From Patescibacteria group bacterium (GTDB lineage: Bacteria; Patescibacteriota; Microgenomatia; UBA1400; PJMF01), in contig JBDTME010000002.1 in NCBI GenBank assembly GCA_039934415.1, positions 92,746-156,745 on the forward strand: a DNA stretch of 64,000 nt. Direction: 5' to 3'. Made by a program: the position numbers and the translations under genes. Below, piece by piece: positions 1 through 8,921 of this stretch. Each line of letters starts with the position of its first letter. Position 1 is the stretch's first letter. The notes beneath the pieces were generated by a model. That model saw nothing but the letters and a program-made list of their open reading frames with translations, was not told the DNA's origin and made no database searches.

Positions 1-285
1 GCTCAATGATCGCGACGGATGCCGCTAAAAGCGCCAAACCTATCACTGCACCGGTCATTTTTTTGCGAGCACCAGCTATTTTAGCTTCTTCTCCTCCGGC
101 AAGGATCCAATCAACCGCTCCCCAAATTAAGAACAGTAATGTTGCTAAACCACCTACAATAATCAAGGTGCGCCATAGCAACACAATATAGTTAGTGAAA
201 GCTGCGGCTTTATCGGCAGTCCCACCACCATAATTTGGTTGCAAGACTGGGTTACTGATATCTGCAAGTAGGGTTGAAAAAAACA
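1..285 (-). CDS. T4SS pilin-like protein (VirB2/TrbC-type topology); its C-terminus runs off the window edge
   Basis: The minus-strand ATG is at 285. My hand translation of positions 285 down to 1 gives MFFSTLLADISNPVLQ...WGAVDWILAGGEEAKIAGARKKMTGAVIGLALL with no stop. It has the same hydrophobic / GG-acidic-K / hydrophobic architecture as the three paralogs downstream. The plus-strand ORF 6..191 is its antisense shadow. Confidence 0.55.
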
Positions 286-289
286 TATT

Positions 290-676
290 TTATAATTTAC
301 AAGGTGTAGTCGATAAAGGATTTAAGGCGTTAATTGCTGTTCCTGGTGCCAACAGATCGAGTCCAAGTGCTCCTCCGATGACTGCCATGATGCCATAAGA
401 GATGATGACAATAATCAGACCGATCGCTCCGTTGGTCATTTGTTTTTTGGCTGTTTCTACTTTACCTTCATCTCCTCCAGCCAGCGTCCACTGCAGCGCT
501 CCAAATAAAAAGTACAACAAAAAAGCCAAACCTGCTAAGACTGTTAAAAACCCCAATATTAAAGAAATAATGCCTTCTAATGAGTTACACGCTCCGGTGA
601 TTGTGGGATCGAACACGCCAGTACCAGCACCTTGGAACTGACCAATCGAAACGTCTTGTGTTGCAGCAATTAACAT
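290..676 (-). CDS. T4SS pilin-like protein (VirB2/TrbC-type, two hydrophobic helices around an AGGDEGK loop)
   Basis: A 128-aa protein: cleavable-looking N-terminal region, a TM helix, the motif LAGGDEGKVETAKKQMTNG, then a second TM helix. It is one of four tandem paralogs. Confidence 0.55.
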   Translation of the reverse strand: MLIAATQDVSIGQFQGAGTGVFDPTITGACNSLEGIISLILGFLTVLAGLAFLLYFLFGALQWTLAGGDEGKVETAKKQMTNGAIGLIIVIISYGIMAVIGGALGLDLLAPGTAINALNPLSTTPCKL

Positions 677-680
677 AAAT

Positions 681-1055
681 TTATGGGGCGATACCCGTAA
701 TTTTAGGATTCAAAATGAAAGTTGGATCGCCAAAGATAACAAAGCTGGCGACGGCAGTAATCGTAAATGAGCTCACGATAATCACTAATCCAATTAGACT
801 CATGTAAATACTTTGCCAGGCGGTTTCGACAGCTTTCACATCATTCGAAGCAGTGATGTACTTAAAACCAGCCATGATGAGGTTGAAAAGTGACCAAATA
901 CCGGCGATGACAGTAATTAACTTAATGATGTTGGATGCAAAAACGACAATACCGATTTGACCAGCAGCCAGACCTGTTTGATAAGACGCAACACCTGGAG
1001 GAGCTTGAATTGTCCCCCACAGTGAGTCTGCAATTAAGGTACTGAGTAAGAACAT
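681..1055 (-). CDS. T4SS pilin-like protein paralog
   Basis: A 124-aa, two-helix small membrane protein of the same size and topology as its neighbours, arranged in tandem with them. Confidence 0.45.
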   Translation of the reverse strand: MFLLSTLIADSLWGTIQAPPGVASYQTGLAAGQIGIVVFASNIIKLITVIAGIWSLFNLIMAGFKYITASNDVKAVETAWQSIYMSLIGLVIIVSSFTITAVASFVIFGDPTFILNPKITGIAP

Positions 1056-1073
1056 ATGTTTCTTGCGACCAAT

Positions 1074-1394
1074 TTATAAAATCTTCAATCCGGTTAACAA
1101 CTCGACGACTTGAATGATCCAGTACGCACTGAACATCACTACAAACCCAATCAACGCTGATGTAATCTTTTTTTGTCCCTCTTCCACACTCTTTGTTGAT
1201 TCTGAGGAAATTATACTCAATCCACCTGCAATCATCAAGAAAAGAAATATTACCCCTGCTAACAAGAAAATATTAGGCACAATCAGATTAATCAGGGAAC
1301 CCAAATCCTTATACTGTTCACCAACTGACTGAGTGTCGTTGATCTTAATTGCAGTCCCAAGGTCAATAGAGGCTAACAGATTTGACATACTCAC
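1074..1394 (-). CDS. T4SS pilin-like protein paralog
   Basis: A 106-aa protein with IAGGLSIISSESTKSVEEGQKKITSALIGFVVMF between two hydrophobic segments, the same architecture as 290..676. Confidence 0.5.
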   Translation of the reverse strand: MSMSNLLASIDLGTAIKINDTQSVGEQYKDLGSLINLIVPNIFLLAGVIFLFLMIAGGLSIISSESTKSVEEGQKKITSALIGFVVMFSAYWIIQVVELLTGLKIL

Positions 1395-1489
1395 ATTATA
1401 CTACTTTGGACCTCAGGAGGGTAGCAAGGGGCAACCTCTACTCATTTTCAAGTTTAGCCTGGTGCTAGTTCGTCCAAAGATGGGCAAAC

Positions 1490-2083
1490 TTGCTACTTCA
1501 ATCAAAAAGTGTATATAATTCATTCCTCACGATGCAAAATACCGCCTACCAGGAAACTGCGCTCATCATCGACCTTAAACTCGGTTTACCGGAAGCGGTG
1601 GAAATTTGGTATCGCAAGTACACACCAATCATTCAAAAATTTATTAGTTTAAAAATTGATAACAAAAAAGACGTCGAAGAGATTAGTCGGGAAACCTTTT
1701 TAAACAGCTTGCGTGATCTTCCGCTGTTTCAAGGTAAGTCATCACTTAAAACATGGATGTTACGCATTGCCGCTCATGAAGTTGCTGATTACTATCGTCG
1801 CAGATACGCCAAGAAATTTGTTCACTCCATTCCGCTATCCAACTTTCTGTTTCACGAAGATCCCAAAAACATGCATGACACATCTGAGTATGTGGTAGAG
1901 GTACTCAAACGCATGAAGATAGAATACAAACAGCTGATAATCTTAAAATACGTAGAAAATTTATCTGTCAAAGAAATCGCCACTCGTATTCACAAATCAA
2001 TCAAGTCAGTCGAATCTGATTTATTCCGTGCCAGAAAGGAGTTTCGAGTACTGTATCAAACAGTTAGCTCTGAAGTTGTATAA
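1490..2083 (+). CDS. RNA polymerase sigma-70 family factor, ECF-like
   Basis: A 197-aa protein. Region-2-like RIAAHEVADYYRRRY and a C-terminal region-4 helix-turn-helix LSVKEIATRIHKSIKSVESDLFRARKEFR. It is divergent from the pilin array. Confidence 0.7.
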   Translation: MLLQSKSVYNSFLTMQNTAYQETALIIDLKLGLPEAVEIWYRKYTPIIQKFISLKIDNKKDVEEISRETFLNSLRDLPLFQGKSSLKTWMLRIAAHEVADYYRRRYAKKFVHSIPLSNFLFHEDPKNMHDTSEYVVEVLKRMKIEYKQLIILKYVENLSVKEIATRIHKSIKSVESDLFRARKEFRVLYQTVSSEVV

Positions 2084-2092
2084 ACTCACCAT

Positions 2093-2320
2093 ATGATAAA
2101 AAAACCTGCCGAACCATTTTTACATCAACTCCAAACCACCGCCAAACGACAATCCCGTCTCCAAGACACGTCCGTTTTTCCTCCATTTCTCTATCCACTC
2201 ACCTCATTCATCGGCGAAAAACCATGGCAAACGCTGGTACTTTCATCTTTTCTATTCTCTTGGATAGTCTTTCTTTTGTGGTTTGAATTTTTTTTCAACT
2301 TCGTGCACAATATACTCTAG
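2093..2320 (+). CDS. small single-pass membrane protein, candidate anti-sigma factor
   Basis: A 75-aa ORF starting 10 nt after the sigma gene stop. It has a charged N-terminus followed by one strongly hydrophobic helix. The anti-sigma assignment rests on position alone. Confidence 0.3.
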   Translation: MIKKPAEPFLHQLQTTAKRQSRLQDTSVFPPFLYPLTSFIGEKPWQTLVLSSFLFSWIVFLLWFEFFFNFVHNIL

Positions 2321-2400
2321 ACTTTTCACCCAATCAGTAGTAAAAAACGGAAAGCTCAGTCCCCGAGTACTTTAGTAAATAAAAGCGGGACAGTGGTGCT

Positions 2401-2712
2401 ATGCAAAAACGGACATTACTCACATCTACTTTCTATAGCGTGCTCCAAGCCTCCGCCGGCTTACTCATCCATCCTTATCAAACCATGCAACACTTAGTCG
2501 AAGACAAGATCTTCATGTGGCTGACCTTTTTACCCATTCTCTTGGTAACCCTGTTTTTCTTTATCTGGTGGCTCGCCCTCCAATCTTTTTTTGCAACCAT
2601 TCCGTACATCGGAGCGTGGGCATTTACACTCATCTGGGGCGGTAGTTTTTTTGTCTTCTGGCAAGTTTTGTTGTTCTATCTCTTCCTACGATTCCTGATT
2701 ACTCTTAAATAA
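2401..2712 (+). CDS. hypothetical polytopic membrane protein
   Basis: 103 aa with 3 predicted hydrophobic helices. Confidence 0.35.
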   Translation: MQKRTLLTSTFYSVLQASAGLLIHPYQTMQHLVEDKIFMWLTFLPILLVTLFFFIWWLALQSFFATIPYIGAWAFTLIWGGSFFVFWQVLLFYLFLRFLITLK

Positions 2713-2792
2713 GTCTGTTGAATCCAACTAAACCTCTTGTCGACTCAGTCTGGCTCGTCACATCTCGCCAGATCTTCGCTGCCTAAATTGAT

Positions 2793-2827
2793 CGGTTTAA
2801 CAAGTTTACCGATCAATTTATGCATGA
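2793..2827. promoter_or_regulatory. perfect 12-nt inverted repeat AAATTGATCGGT-N11-ACCGATCAATTT, a candidate operator
   Basis: Read directly from the sequence. It lies upstream of the small ORF 2858..3073 and the idi-mvk-mvaD cluster. No T-run follows, so an operator is more likely than a terminator. Confidence 0.4.
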
Positions 2828-2857
2828 TTTCACATCTCTTTTGCGACTATTAGTGCA

Positions 2858-3073
2858 TTGAAAGGCAAAAATATGCAAGTTGCTCGATATTGGAGAATGA
2901 AAGGGAACTTGTATCGCTTAGAGGGCTTCAGAAACTTACAAGATGGTTCAGTCAGTTTGCAACAAAAAAACATTCTGGCTCATGGGAAAGAATCAGAACC
3001 AACGAGTTCAACTGAAAAGACATCAGCCACTAAGCCTGAATCCCAAAAGTTACTACCAATGGAAAAACAATAA
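2858..3073 (+). CDS. hypothetical small protein
   Basis: A 71-aa ORF whose stop overlaps the idi start (ATGA). No recognisable motif. Confidence 0.3.
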   Translation: MKGKNMQVARYWRMKGNLYRLEGFRNLQDGSVSLQQKNILAHGKESEPTSSTEKTSATKPESQKLLPMEKQ

Positions 3074-3711
3074 TGATCAGTCCACACACTATTACTAAAG
3101 ATCCCACTGATCTCGTCACTTTAGTCAATGAAAGAGACGAAGTCATTGGCACCATGGATAAAATCGAAGCTCATAGAGGCGAGGCAAAGTTACACCGTTG
3201 TGTATCGGTCTATTTATTTCAAAAGAATAAAACTGGAGTTGAGTTACTCATCCAGCAAAGAGCTGCAGTCAAAATTGTCGGTGCAAACCAGTGGGCTAAT
3301 ACTATTTGTGGCAATGTTCGCCCTACTGAAGATTATGAACAATGCGCGTACCGACGACTCAGAGAAGAGTTGGGAATTACAAAAGTGGAAATTAAACCCA
3401 TCTACAAATTTGTATATAACCTGCCTTGTAATGAACAATTTAGTGAATGGGAAATGGATCAGGTATTTTTCGGTTGGTATGACGGAGAAGTGATACCCAA
3501 TCCAAACGAAGCACAGGACTTTAGTTGGGTGAAGTGGCAAGAATTGTTAGAAGCAAGCGAAAAAACAAATGCGGATGAACAAAATTTTAAAACCAAGAAA
3601 GTAGAGCTAAAAAATCAAATCAAAACAAAGCATTTCACCCTCACCCCTTGGTTTGTGTGGATGCTAGGAGATAAAAAGCTTATTAATTTATTAAATAAGG
3701 ATATTTATTAA
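3073..3711 (+). CDS. idi: isopentenyl-diphosphate delta-isomerase, type 1 (Nudix fold)
   Basis: Motifs LHRCVSVYLF, LLIQQRAAVK..W.NTICGNVRP and the Nudix box RRLREELGI match IDI-1 signatures. It lies directly upstream of mvk and mvaD. Confidence 0.7.
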   Translation: MISPHTITKDPTDLVTLVNERDEVIGTMDKIEAHRGEAKLHRCVSVYLFQKNKTGVELLIQQRAAVKIVGANQWANTICGNVRPTEDYEQCAYRRLREELGITKVEIKPIYKFVYNLPCNEQFSEWEMDQVFFGWYDGEVIPNPNEAQDFSWVKWQELLEASEKTNADEQNFKTKKVELKNQIKTKHFTLTPWFVWMLGDKKLINLLNKDIY

Positions 3712-3732
3712 CAAATATCTGAAAGGAATGAT

Positions 3733-3960
3733 ATGAGCAACGAGACCACACAAGCAGCGTGGGTATGGATTGAACAACAACCTGACGCTAAAAAAGTTCT
3801 TCACAAATATATTGGAGAAGACACTAGTAAAATTGCTGATCCTGATTTCATAGCAATTGTAAATGAGAGCGGTTTTACAGCAGAAAATCTTTTAAGTGCA
3901 CTTATTCAGAATGATGCTTCAGCAAGTGCTGTGTTTCAATTTTTAATCCCTGACTGTTAA
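3733..3960 (+). CDS. hypothetical small acidic protein
   Basis: A 75-aa ORF with an RBS-like AAAGGAATG context. No recognisable motif. Confidence 0.3.
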   Translation: MSNETTQAAWVWIEQQPDAKKVLHKYIGEDTSKIADPDFIAIVNESGFTAENLLSALIQNDASASAVFQFLIPDC

Positions 3961-4004
3961 AAACAGTCTTAAGCCTGCCCAAATTTCAACTGCTCTGAAT
4001 AAAT

Positions 4005-4976
4005 ATGACACTAATTACTGCTTCTGCACCAGGGAAACTATTATTGTATGGCGACCATGCGGTCGTGTACGGAAAACCGTGCATCGTAACGGCGGTTGAC
4101 CAACGAGTGCACGTCACTGTTAAAAAAAATGGCGTCGATACTTTCCATCTCGATGCACCTGATCTAGGCCTGACAGCATATTCAAAAACAATCAACGATC
4201 TCGGTCAAAAAGAACTCCCGAAATCTGTAGCTTTTATCGAAATTTGTTACAAACGATTTTTGGAAAAATACCCACAACAAGAAGGGATAGTAGTTACGAC
4301 TAAAAGTGACTTTTCTTCTCTGTTTGGTTTTGGCTCGAGCAGTGCCGTCACCGTTGCCTTTGCCAAAGCATTAACAACTTTATATGGGATCACACTGACA
4401 AATAAAGAACTATTTAATCTTTGTTACCAAGCGGTGATCGATGTCCAAGGAGTTGGCTCTGGTTTTGATATCGCTGCGGCAATCTGGGGTGGAACAATCT
4501 ATTACGTCACGCCCGCAAAAGTTGTAAAAGTAGTTTCGTGCCCAGAACTCCCACTAATAGTCGGATATACCGGAGTAAAAGCAGACACCCCCACCTTAAT
4601 TCGGATGGTGGAGTCGCTCAAACAACAAGATTCTTCGAAAATTAAAACGATCTTTAATCATATGTCTAACATTGTTGATGCTGCCTTTCAAACCATTAGT
4701 GAAAGTAATTGGGAAAAAGCTGGAAAACTCATGAATCAGAATCAGCTACTGTTGAGAGAACTTCAAGTAAGTAGCGTAAAATTAGAGTCATTGATTGAAG
4801 CCGCAATTACAGCAGGAGCTTATGGCGCAAAATTGTCAGGTGCCGGTGGAGGAGACTGCATGATTGCTCTTTGCGACAAGAAATATGTAACACCGATAGC
4901 AACTGCAATTGAAAAAGCAGGTGGAAAATATATGGATGTCAACCTCAATGCGCAAGGAGTCAGAATTGAAAAATAA
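4005..4976 (+). CDS. mvk: mevalonate kinase (GHMP kinase family)
   Basis: The N-terminal motif APGKLLLYGDHAVVYGKP is the mevalonate kinase signature. The GHMP ATP-binding loop GFGSSSAV and the C-terminal GAKLSGAGGGDC are present. Confidence 0.8.
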   Translation: MTLITASAPGKLLLYGDHAVVYGKPCIVTAVDQRVHVTVKKNGVDTFHLDAPDLGLTAYSKTINDLGQKELPKSVAFIEICYKRFLEKYPQQEGIVVTTKSDFSSLFGFGSSSAVTVAFAKALTTLYGITLTNKELFNLCYQAVIDVQGVGSGFDIAAAIWGGTIYYVTPAKVVKVVSCPELPLIVGYTGVKADTPTLIRMVESLKQQDSSKIKTIFNHMSNIVDAAFQTISESNWEKAGKLMNQNQLLLRELQVSSVKLESLIEAAITAGAYGAKLSGAGGGDCMIALCDKKYVTPIATAIEKAGGKYMDVNLNAQGVRIEK

Positions 4977-5958
4977 ACTCATCAAAACTACTGCAAAAGC
5001 TTCCTCTGATGTCGCGCTCATCAAATACTGGGGCAAAAAAGATGAAAGCCTGAGACTGCCAGAAAACAGTAGCATCTCTTTGATTTTGGATGGTTTAGAC
5101 ACTGTCACCACAGTTGAGTTTCAAGAAAAACTTACTGAAGATTTGATAACAATTCAAGGAGAGAGTGAAGAAGGTGAGGCATCGCGAGTCAAACAACACT
5201 TGGATCGTATTCGAAAACTAGCTGGCTTGAACATGTACGCAAAAGTAGTTTCAAATAACACCTTTCCAAAAGGAACTGGCTTATCAAGTTCTGGCTCTGG
5301 TTTTGCAGCACTCACGTACTCCGCAACTAAAGCAGCTGGACTTGATTTATCTGAAAAAGAGTTGAGTATTTTATCTCGACAAGGCTCGGGGACAGCATGT
5401 CGATGTGCGTGTGGAGGGATCGTTCAGTGGAAAGATGGTGACACTTCCGAAACTTCTTTTTCAAAAAGTCTGTATCCCTCCGATTACTGGGATATCCGCG
5501 ACGTGATCGCAGTCGTCGACGAAGGAAAGAAAAACACTTCATCAACTCAAGGTCATGCCACAGCCCAAACGAGTGTCTTTTACCAAGCACGCCAAGAAAA
5601 TTTAGATAAAAAAATTGGTGCATTAAAAAATGCTTTGACCAAAAAAGACTTTTCAAAACTGGGTGCCATTGTTGAAGCAGAAGCACTTGAATTTCATTCG
5701 ATTTTATTAACTAGTCATCCTCCTTTAGTTGCCTGGTACCCTGGAACAATTGCTGTGATGTTAGAAGTACAAGCAATGAGAAAAGATGGAATAGAAGCGT
5801 ATTTTACGATCAACACCGGTTTCAACGTTCACATTTTAACGACGCCTGAATTTGAAAAAAAAGTTCAAAAAAGAATTGAGCAGTTGCCGTTAGTGAAAAA
5901 AACCTTGTCCGCAACCATCGGTGAAAAACCCACATTTTCATCAACACACTTATTTTAA
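4936..5958 (+). CDS. mvaD: diphosphomevalonate decarboxylase
   Basis: VALIKYWGKKDE plus GTGLSSSGSGFAALT match the MVD family. The ORF opens at 4909; a start at 4936 or 4948 overlaps the mvk stop by only a few codons. Confidence 0.8.
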   Translation: MSTSMRKESELKNKLIKTTAKASSDVALIKYWGKKDESLRLPENSSISLILDGLDTVTTVEFQEKLTEDLITIQGESEEGEASRVKQHLDRIRKLAGLNMYAKVVSNNTFPKGTGLSSSGSGFAALTYSATKAAGLDLSEKELSILSRQGSGTACRCACGGIVQWKDGDTSETSFSKSLYPSDYWDIRDVIAVVDEGKKNTSSTQGHATAQTSVFYQARQENLDKKIGALKNALTKKDFSKLGAIVEAEALEFHSILLTSHPPLVAWYPGTIAVMLEVQAMRKDGIEAYFTINTGFNVHILTTPEFEKKVQKRIEQLPLVKKTLSATIGEKPTFSSTHLF

Positions 5959-5971
5959 AGAAAGGGCTATT

Positions 5972-6544
5972 ATGGCTGACGTTAAAGAGCAAGAAATTAT
6001 TATTCACATGACACCTACTGGTGAAATGGTTGGCCCTGTTGGGCGTGAGGATGCGCACAATAAAGAAAATCCAATTCCCCACGCAGTGGTTTTCACTTTA
6101 CTTGCGACAAAAAATAAAGTTGATGGTCAACTCGAAAAAGGACTTTTTCAAGTTAGAGGAGAGCAGGTAAAAGCTTATCCTGGGTATTTAACACTGACCG
6201 CAAGTGGTCACATACAATATGAAGAGGGCAAACCAATATCTCAAATTGCTCTAGAGAATGCTTTCAGAGAAACTGCAGAAGAGACTGGTTTAGTTGAAAA
6301 CTTCCCGTTTGAACTCGCAGCCCAAGGATTTTTGGGCATAGAGAAAGATCAACAATACATGTTTATCTTTCTTGCCTATGTTGATGAGTTACCTACGTCT
6401 CTATCTACTCAAGAGGCAGAAGTAAAGAAAATGCTTACACTAAAACTCGGTGAATTGATGGAGTTTATTCAAAATGGGAAAGTGACACCTTTTGCCTTAG
6501 AAGCACTAAGATTAATGGGAATTATTCCTTCAGAAAGTAGTTAA
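5972..6544 (+). CDS. Nudix hydrolase, IDI-like paralog
   Basis: Nudix box ENAFRETAEETGL. The IDI-like segments NPIPHAVVFTLL and PGYLTLTASGH are present. The ORF opens at 5921, but the MADVKEQ start at 5972, with an upstream AAAGGG, avoids overlap with mvaD. Confidence 0.55.
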   Translation: MADVKEQEIIIHMTPTGEMVGPVGREDAHNKENPIPHAVVFTLLATKNKVDGQLEKGLFQVRGEQVKAYPGYLTLTASGHIQYEEGKPISQIALENAFRETAEETGLVENFPFELAAQGFLGIEKDQQYMFIFLAYVDELPTSLSTQEAEVKKMLTLKLGELMEFIQNGKVTPFALEALRLMGIIPSESS

Positions 6545-6558
6545 AGAGCCAAAAACCT

Positions 6559-7257
6559 ATGACCCATACAACTAGCATTCCACAACATATCGCGATTATC
6601 ATGGATGGCAATCGTCGATGGGCAAAGCAGCATAAGTTGCAGGCTCTGCAAGGGCATCAGTACGTCACTGAAAAGGTCATAGAGCCATTGGTTGATGCGT
6701 GCGTGGAGTTTGGCGTTCCATATCTGACTCTGTGGGCGTTTAGCACTGAGAACTGGAAAAGAGATCAATCTGAAGTCGAAGGGTTGATGAAGTTGTTCCG
6801 GAGAGCATTTGCGAAAAGTGTTCAGGATCTGCACAAAAAAGGCGTCCGACTGAACTATATCGGTGATTTAACAAAATTCCCCAAAGATATTCAGGAGAGC
6901 GTAGCAGAGTGGATTGAGATTTCAAAAAACAATACCAAGATCACTGTTACATTTGCACTCAATTATGGTGGGCAAGATGAAATTCTTCGTGCAATCAAAA
7001 AAGCCGCTCAAAATGGAGAAGAGCTGCAAAACATCACTGCCGCAGAATTTTCCCAATATCTCGATACCAACACCATACCTGATCCGGATCTACTCATCCG
7101 CCCGGGTGGAGAACAACGACTTTCGGGGTATCTTCCTTGGCAAAGTGTCTATGCAGAACTCTACTTCACTGACATTCTTATGCCGGATTTTGGTAGAGAA
7201 GAGCTCCATAAAGCAATAGAGGAGTACGGAAATCGATGGAGAAGATTTGGGAAATAA
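6559..7257 (+). CDS. uppS: isoprenyl transferase / undecaprenyl-diphosphate synthase
   Basis: HIAIIMDGNRRWAK and the C-terminal RFG motif are hallmarks of cis-prenyltransferases. Confidence 0.9.
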   Translation: MTHTTSIPQHIAIIMDGNRRWAKQHKLQALQGHQYVTEKVIEPLVDACVEFGVPYLTLWAFSTENWKRDQSEVEGLMKLFRRAFAKSVQDLHKKGVRLNYIGDLTKFPKDIQESVAEWIEISKNNTKITVTFALNYGGQDEILRAIKKAAQNGEELQNITAAEFSQYLDTNTIPDPDLLIRPGGEQRLSGYLPWQSVYAELYFTDILMPDFGREELHKAIEEYGNRWRRFGK

Positions 7258-7492
7258 TAATTAATTTTCTCATTTACAAATTTTCAAAACAGTACAAAAA
7301 AACAAATCGTTTAAAAATTGAGAATCACAAATACGGAAGATCAGTGTCAAAAAGTTATCCACATTCCACTATTATTCCCGCTTCTCACCCGTTTAATTCT
7401 TCATTCAAAACTACACAGTAACCAAACATCAATATTATACAGTTTGATATAGTTCGGGTTTTTTACGACGCTATTTGTGAAAATCGTGAAAA

Positions 7493-7831
7493 CTATTTTG
7501 TTATAGGACTTTGTTTAGCTCTCTTCTCTGCCTCTTCTCGCCTCAGTCTTTTTCTTTCTTCCGAGCGTTCGAGTTTTCCCTGGATTTTACTTAACTGCAT
7601 TGTTACTAAAACTGCTATCACAGTAACAACTGTCGCATAAATGAATAACGACCAGACTCCACTTCCCTGCCCTAAATATGGTTTGATATACACCTCAACC
7701 ACATTTTTAATGAACTCATTCCAGGCCAAAGCTACTACGACACCGAATCCGCCAGTGGATAGCAAAATCATTTGGGAAATAATTGACTTGGGTAAATCGC
7801 TCAATCGTTCTGGTGTTTGTAAATTTGCCAT
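7493..7831 (-). CDS. hypothetical small membrane protein (2 TM, charged C-terminal tail)
   Basis: 112 aa, two hydrophobic helices and a lysine/arginine/glutamate-rich tail. No confident family. Confidence 0.35.
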   Translation of the reverse strand: MANLQTPERLSDLPKSIISQMILLSTGGFGVVVALAWNEFIKNVVEVYIKPYLGQGSGVWSLFIYATVVTVIAVLVTMQLSKIQGKLERSEERKRLRREEAEKRAKQSPITK

Positions 7832-7957
7832 AAACTCCCTTAGAAGTGTGTATTATAGCAAACAAATCACCCCTTTACTTCTCGCCTATCTCAACAGTAT
7901 ACACAAAAAAGGAGAGTCTCACTGAGACTCTCCTTTCACATTTTCAAAATATCAAGC

Positions 7958-8797
7958 TCATTTGGCTAACTTTTCATCAATCTTTGCCTTGAATGCTGCG
8001 ATTGGTTGAGCACCGACCAAAGGATCTTTTTCGACGAAAAAGGTTGGAGTACCACCTGCACCAACTTTGTTTCCAAGTGCGGAATCATTATCGGTAGCTG
8101 TTTTGTACTTTCCTTCTTTGACACAAGCAACTGCTTTGTCTCCATTGAGTCCACCAGCATTGGCTAACTCAGAATACTTCTTGTACAAATCTTCACCAGT
8201 GAGTGAAACCCACATGGCTTGGTTAGTGAAGAGTTGATCGTGCATCTGTAATCCCTTGCCCTGTTCGACAGCACAACGAACGAGTTGAGCTGAAGAATTG
8301 GAGTTCGGGTGAAATGGTAACGGTTGATCCTTCAAGATAATCTTCATTTTGCCAGTTTTAACATAATCCTCAATCAATTGTTTTTGAGTTTGAGTGTAGA
8401 ACTGTTCACAAAATGGACACTGATAATCGGTGAACTCAACCATAGTAACTTTGGCGTTTTTATCACCAATCACGAAAACTGGTTCTTTTTGAATTTCTTT
8501 CCAATCAGCGTCAGAAAGTGGTTGAGCTGCAGCTGGCGCAGCTGCTGGTGCCTGAGCTGCTGGTTGATTTCCAAGACCACCTCCCGCTTTCAGTGTTTGA
8601 TTCTCTTTCCATAAAGATCCAAACACAAAGCCAAAGATGAACAATCCACTACCAACGACTAATAAAAGAAAATTATTATTTACGAATTGCAACATCGAAG
8701 AGAGAGAGTATGAATTCTGACTCATTGATGTCATTACTGCTTTTTGCTTTGGTTCAACTTGAACGCTTGCTTTTTTTGTCGGCATGGGACTCCTCAA
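7958..8797 (-). CDS. DsbA-family thiol:disulfide oxidoreductase, membrane-anchored
   Basis: Thioredoxin-fold active site FTDYQCPFCEQF. An N-terminal TM anchor and an Ala/Pro-rich linker precede it. Confidence 0.75.
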   Translation of the reverse strand: MRSPMPTKKASVQVEPKQKAVMTSMSQNSYSLSSMLQFVNNNFLLLVVGSGLFIFGFVFGSLWKENQTLKAGGGLGNQPAAQAPAAAPAAAQPLSDADWKEIQKEPVFVIGDKNAKVTMVEFTDYQCPFCEQFYTQTQKQLIEDYVKTGKMKIILKDQPLPFHPNSNSSAQLVRCAVEQGKGLQMHDQLFTNQAMWVSLTGEDLYKKYSELANAGGLNGDKAVACVKEGKYKTATDNDSALGNKVGAGGTPTFFVEKDPLVGAQPIAAFKAKIDEKLAK

Positions 8798-8921
8798 ATA
8801 AAAAACTGATATTACTTTTAATCGAATTTACTCTATCAGAAAAAAAGACGACTGGAAAGCAGTAATTCAATGGCTATTTTTCAAATCAAAGAATTTTTAA
8901 ACACGAGTTCACTGCATTTTT

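Noticed and set aside
6-191. 61-aa plus-strand ORF at the window start
   Set aside because: It is antisense to a much better pilin-like coding frame on the minus strand that continues the tandem pilin array. It is low-complexity Ala/Pro-rich, as expected for an antisense shadow.
402-641. Plus-strand ORFs (402..641, 1114..1332, 1333..1518) overlapping the pilin genes
   Set aside because: They are antisense or overlapping frames within well-supported minus-strand genes and have no motifs.
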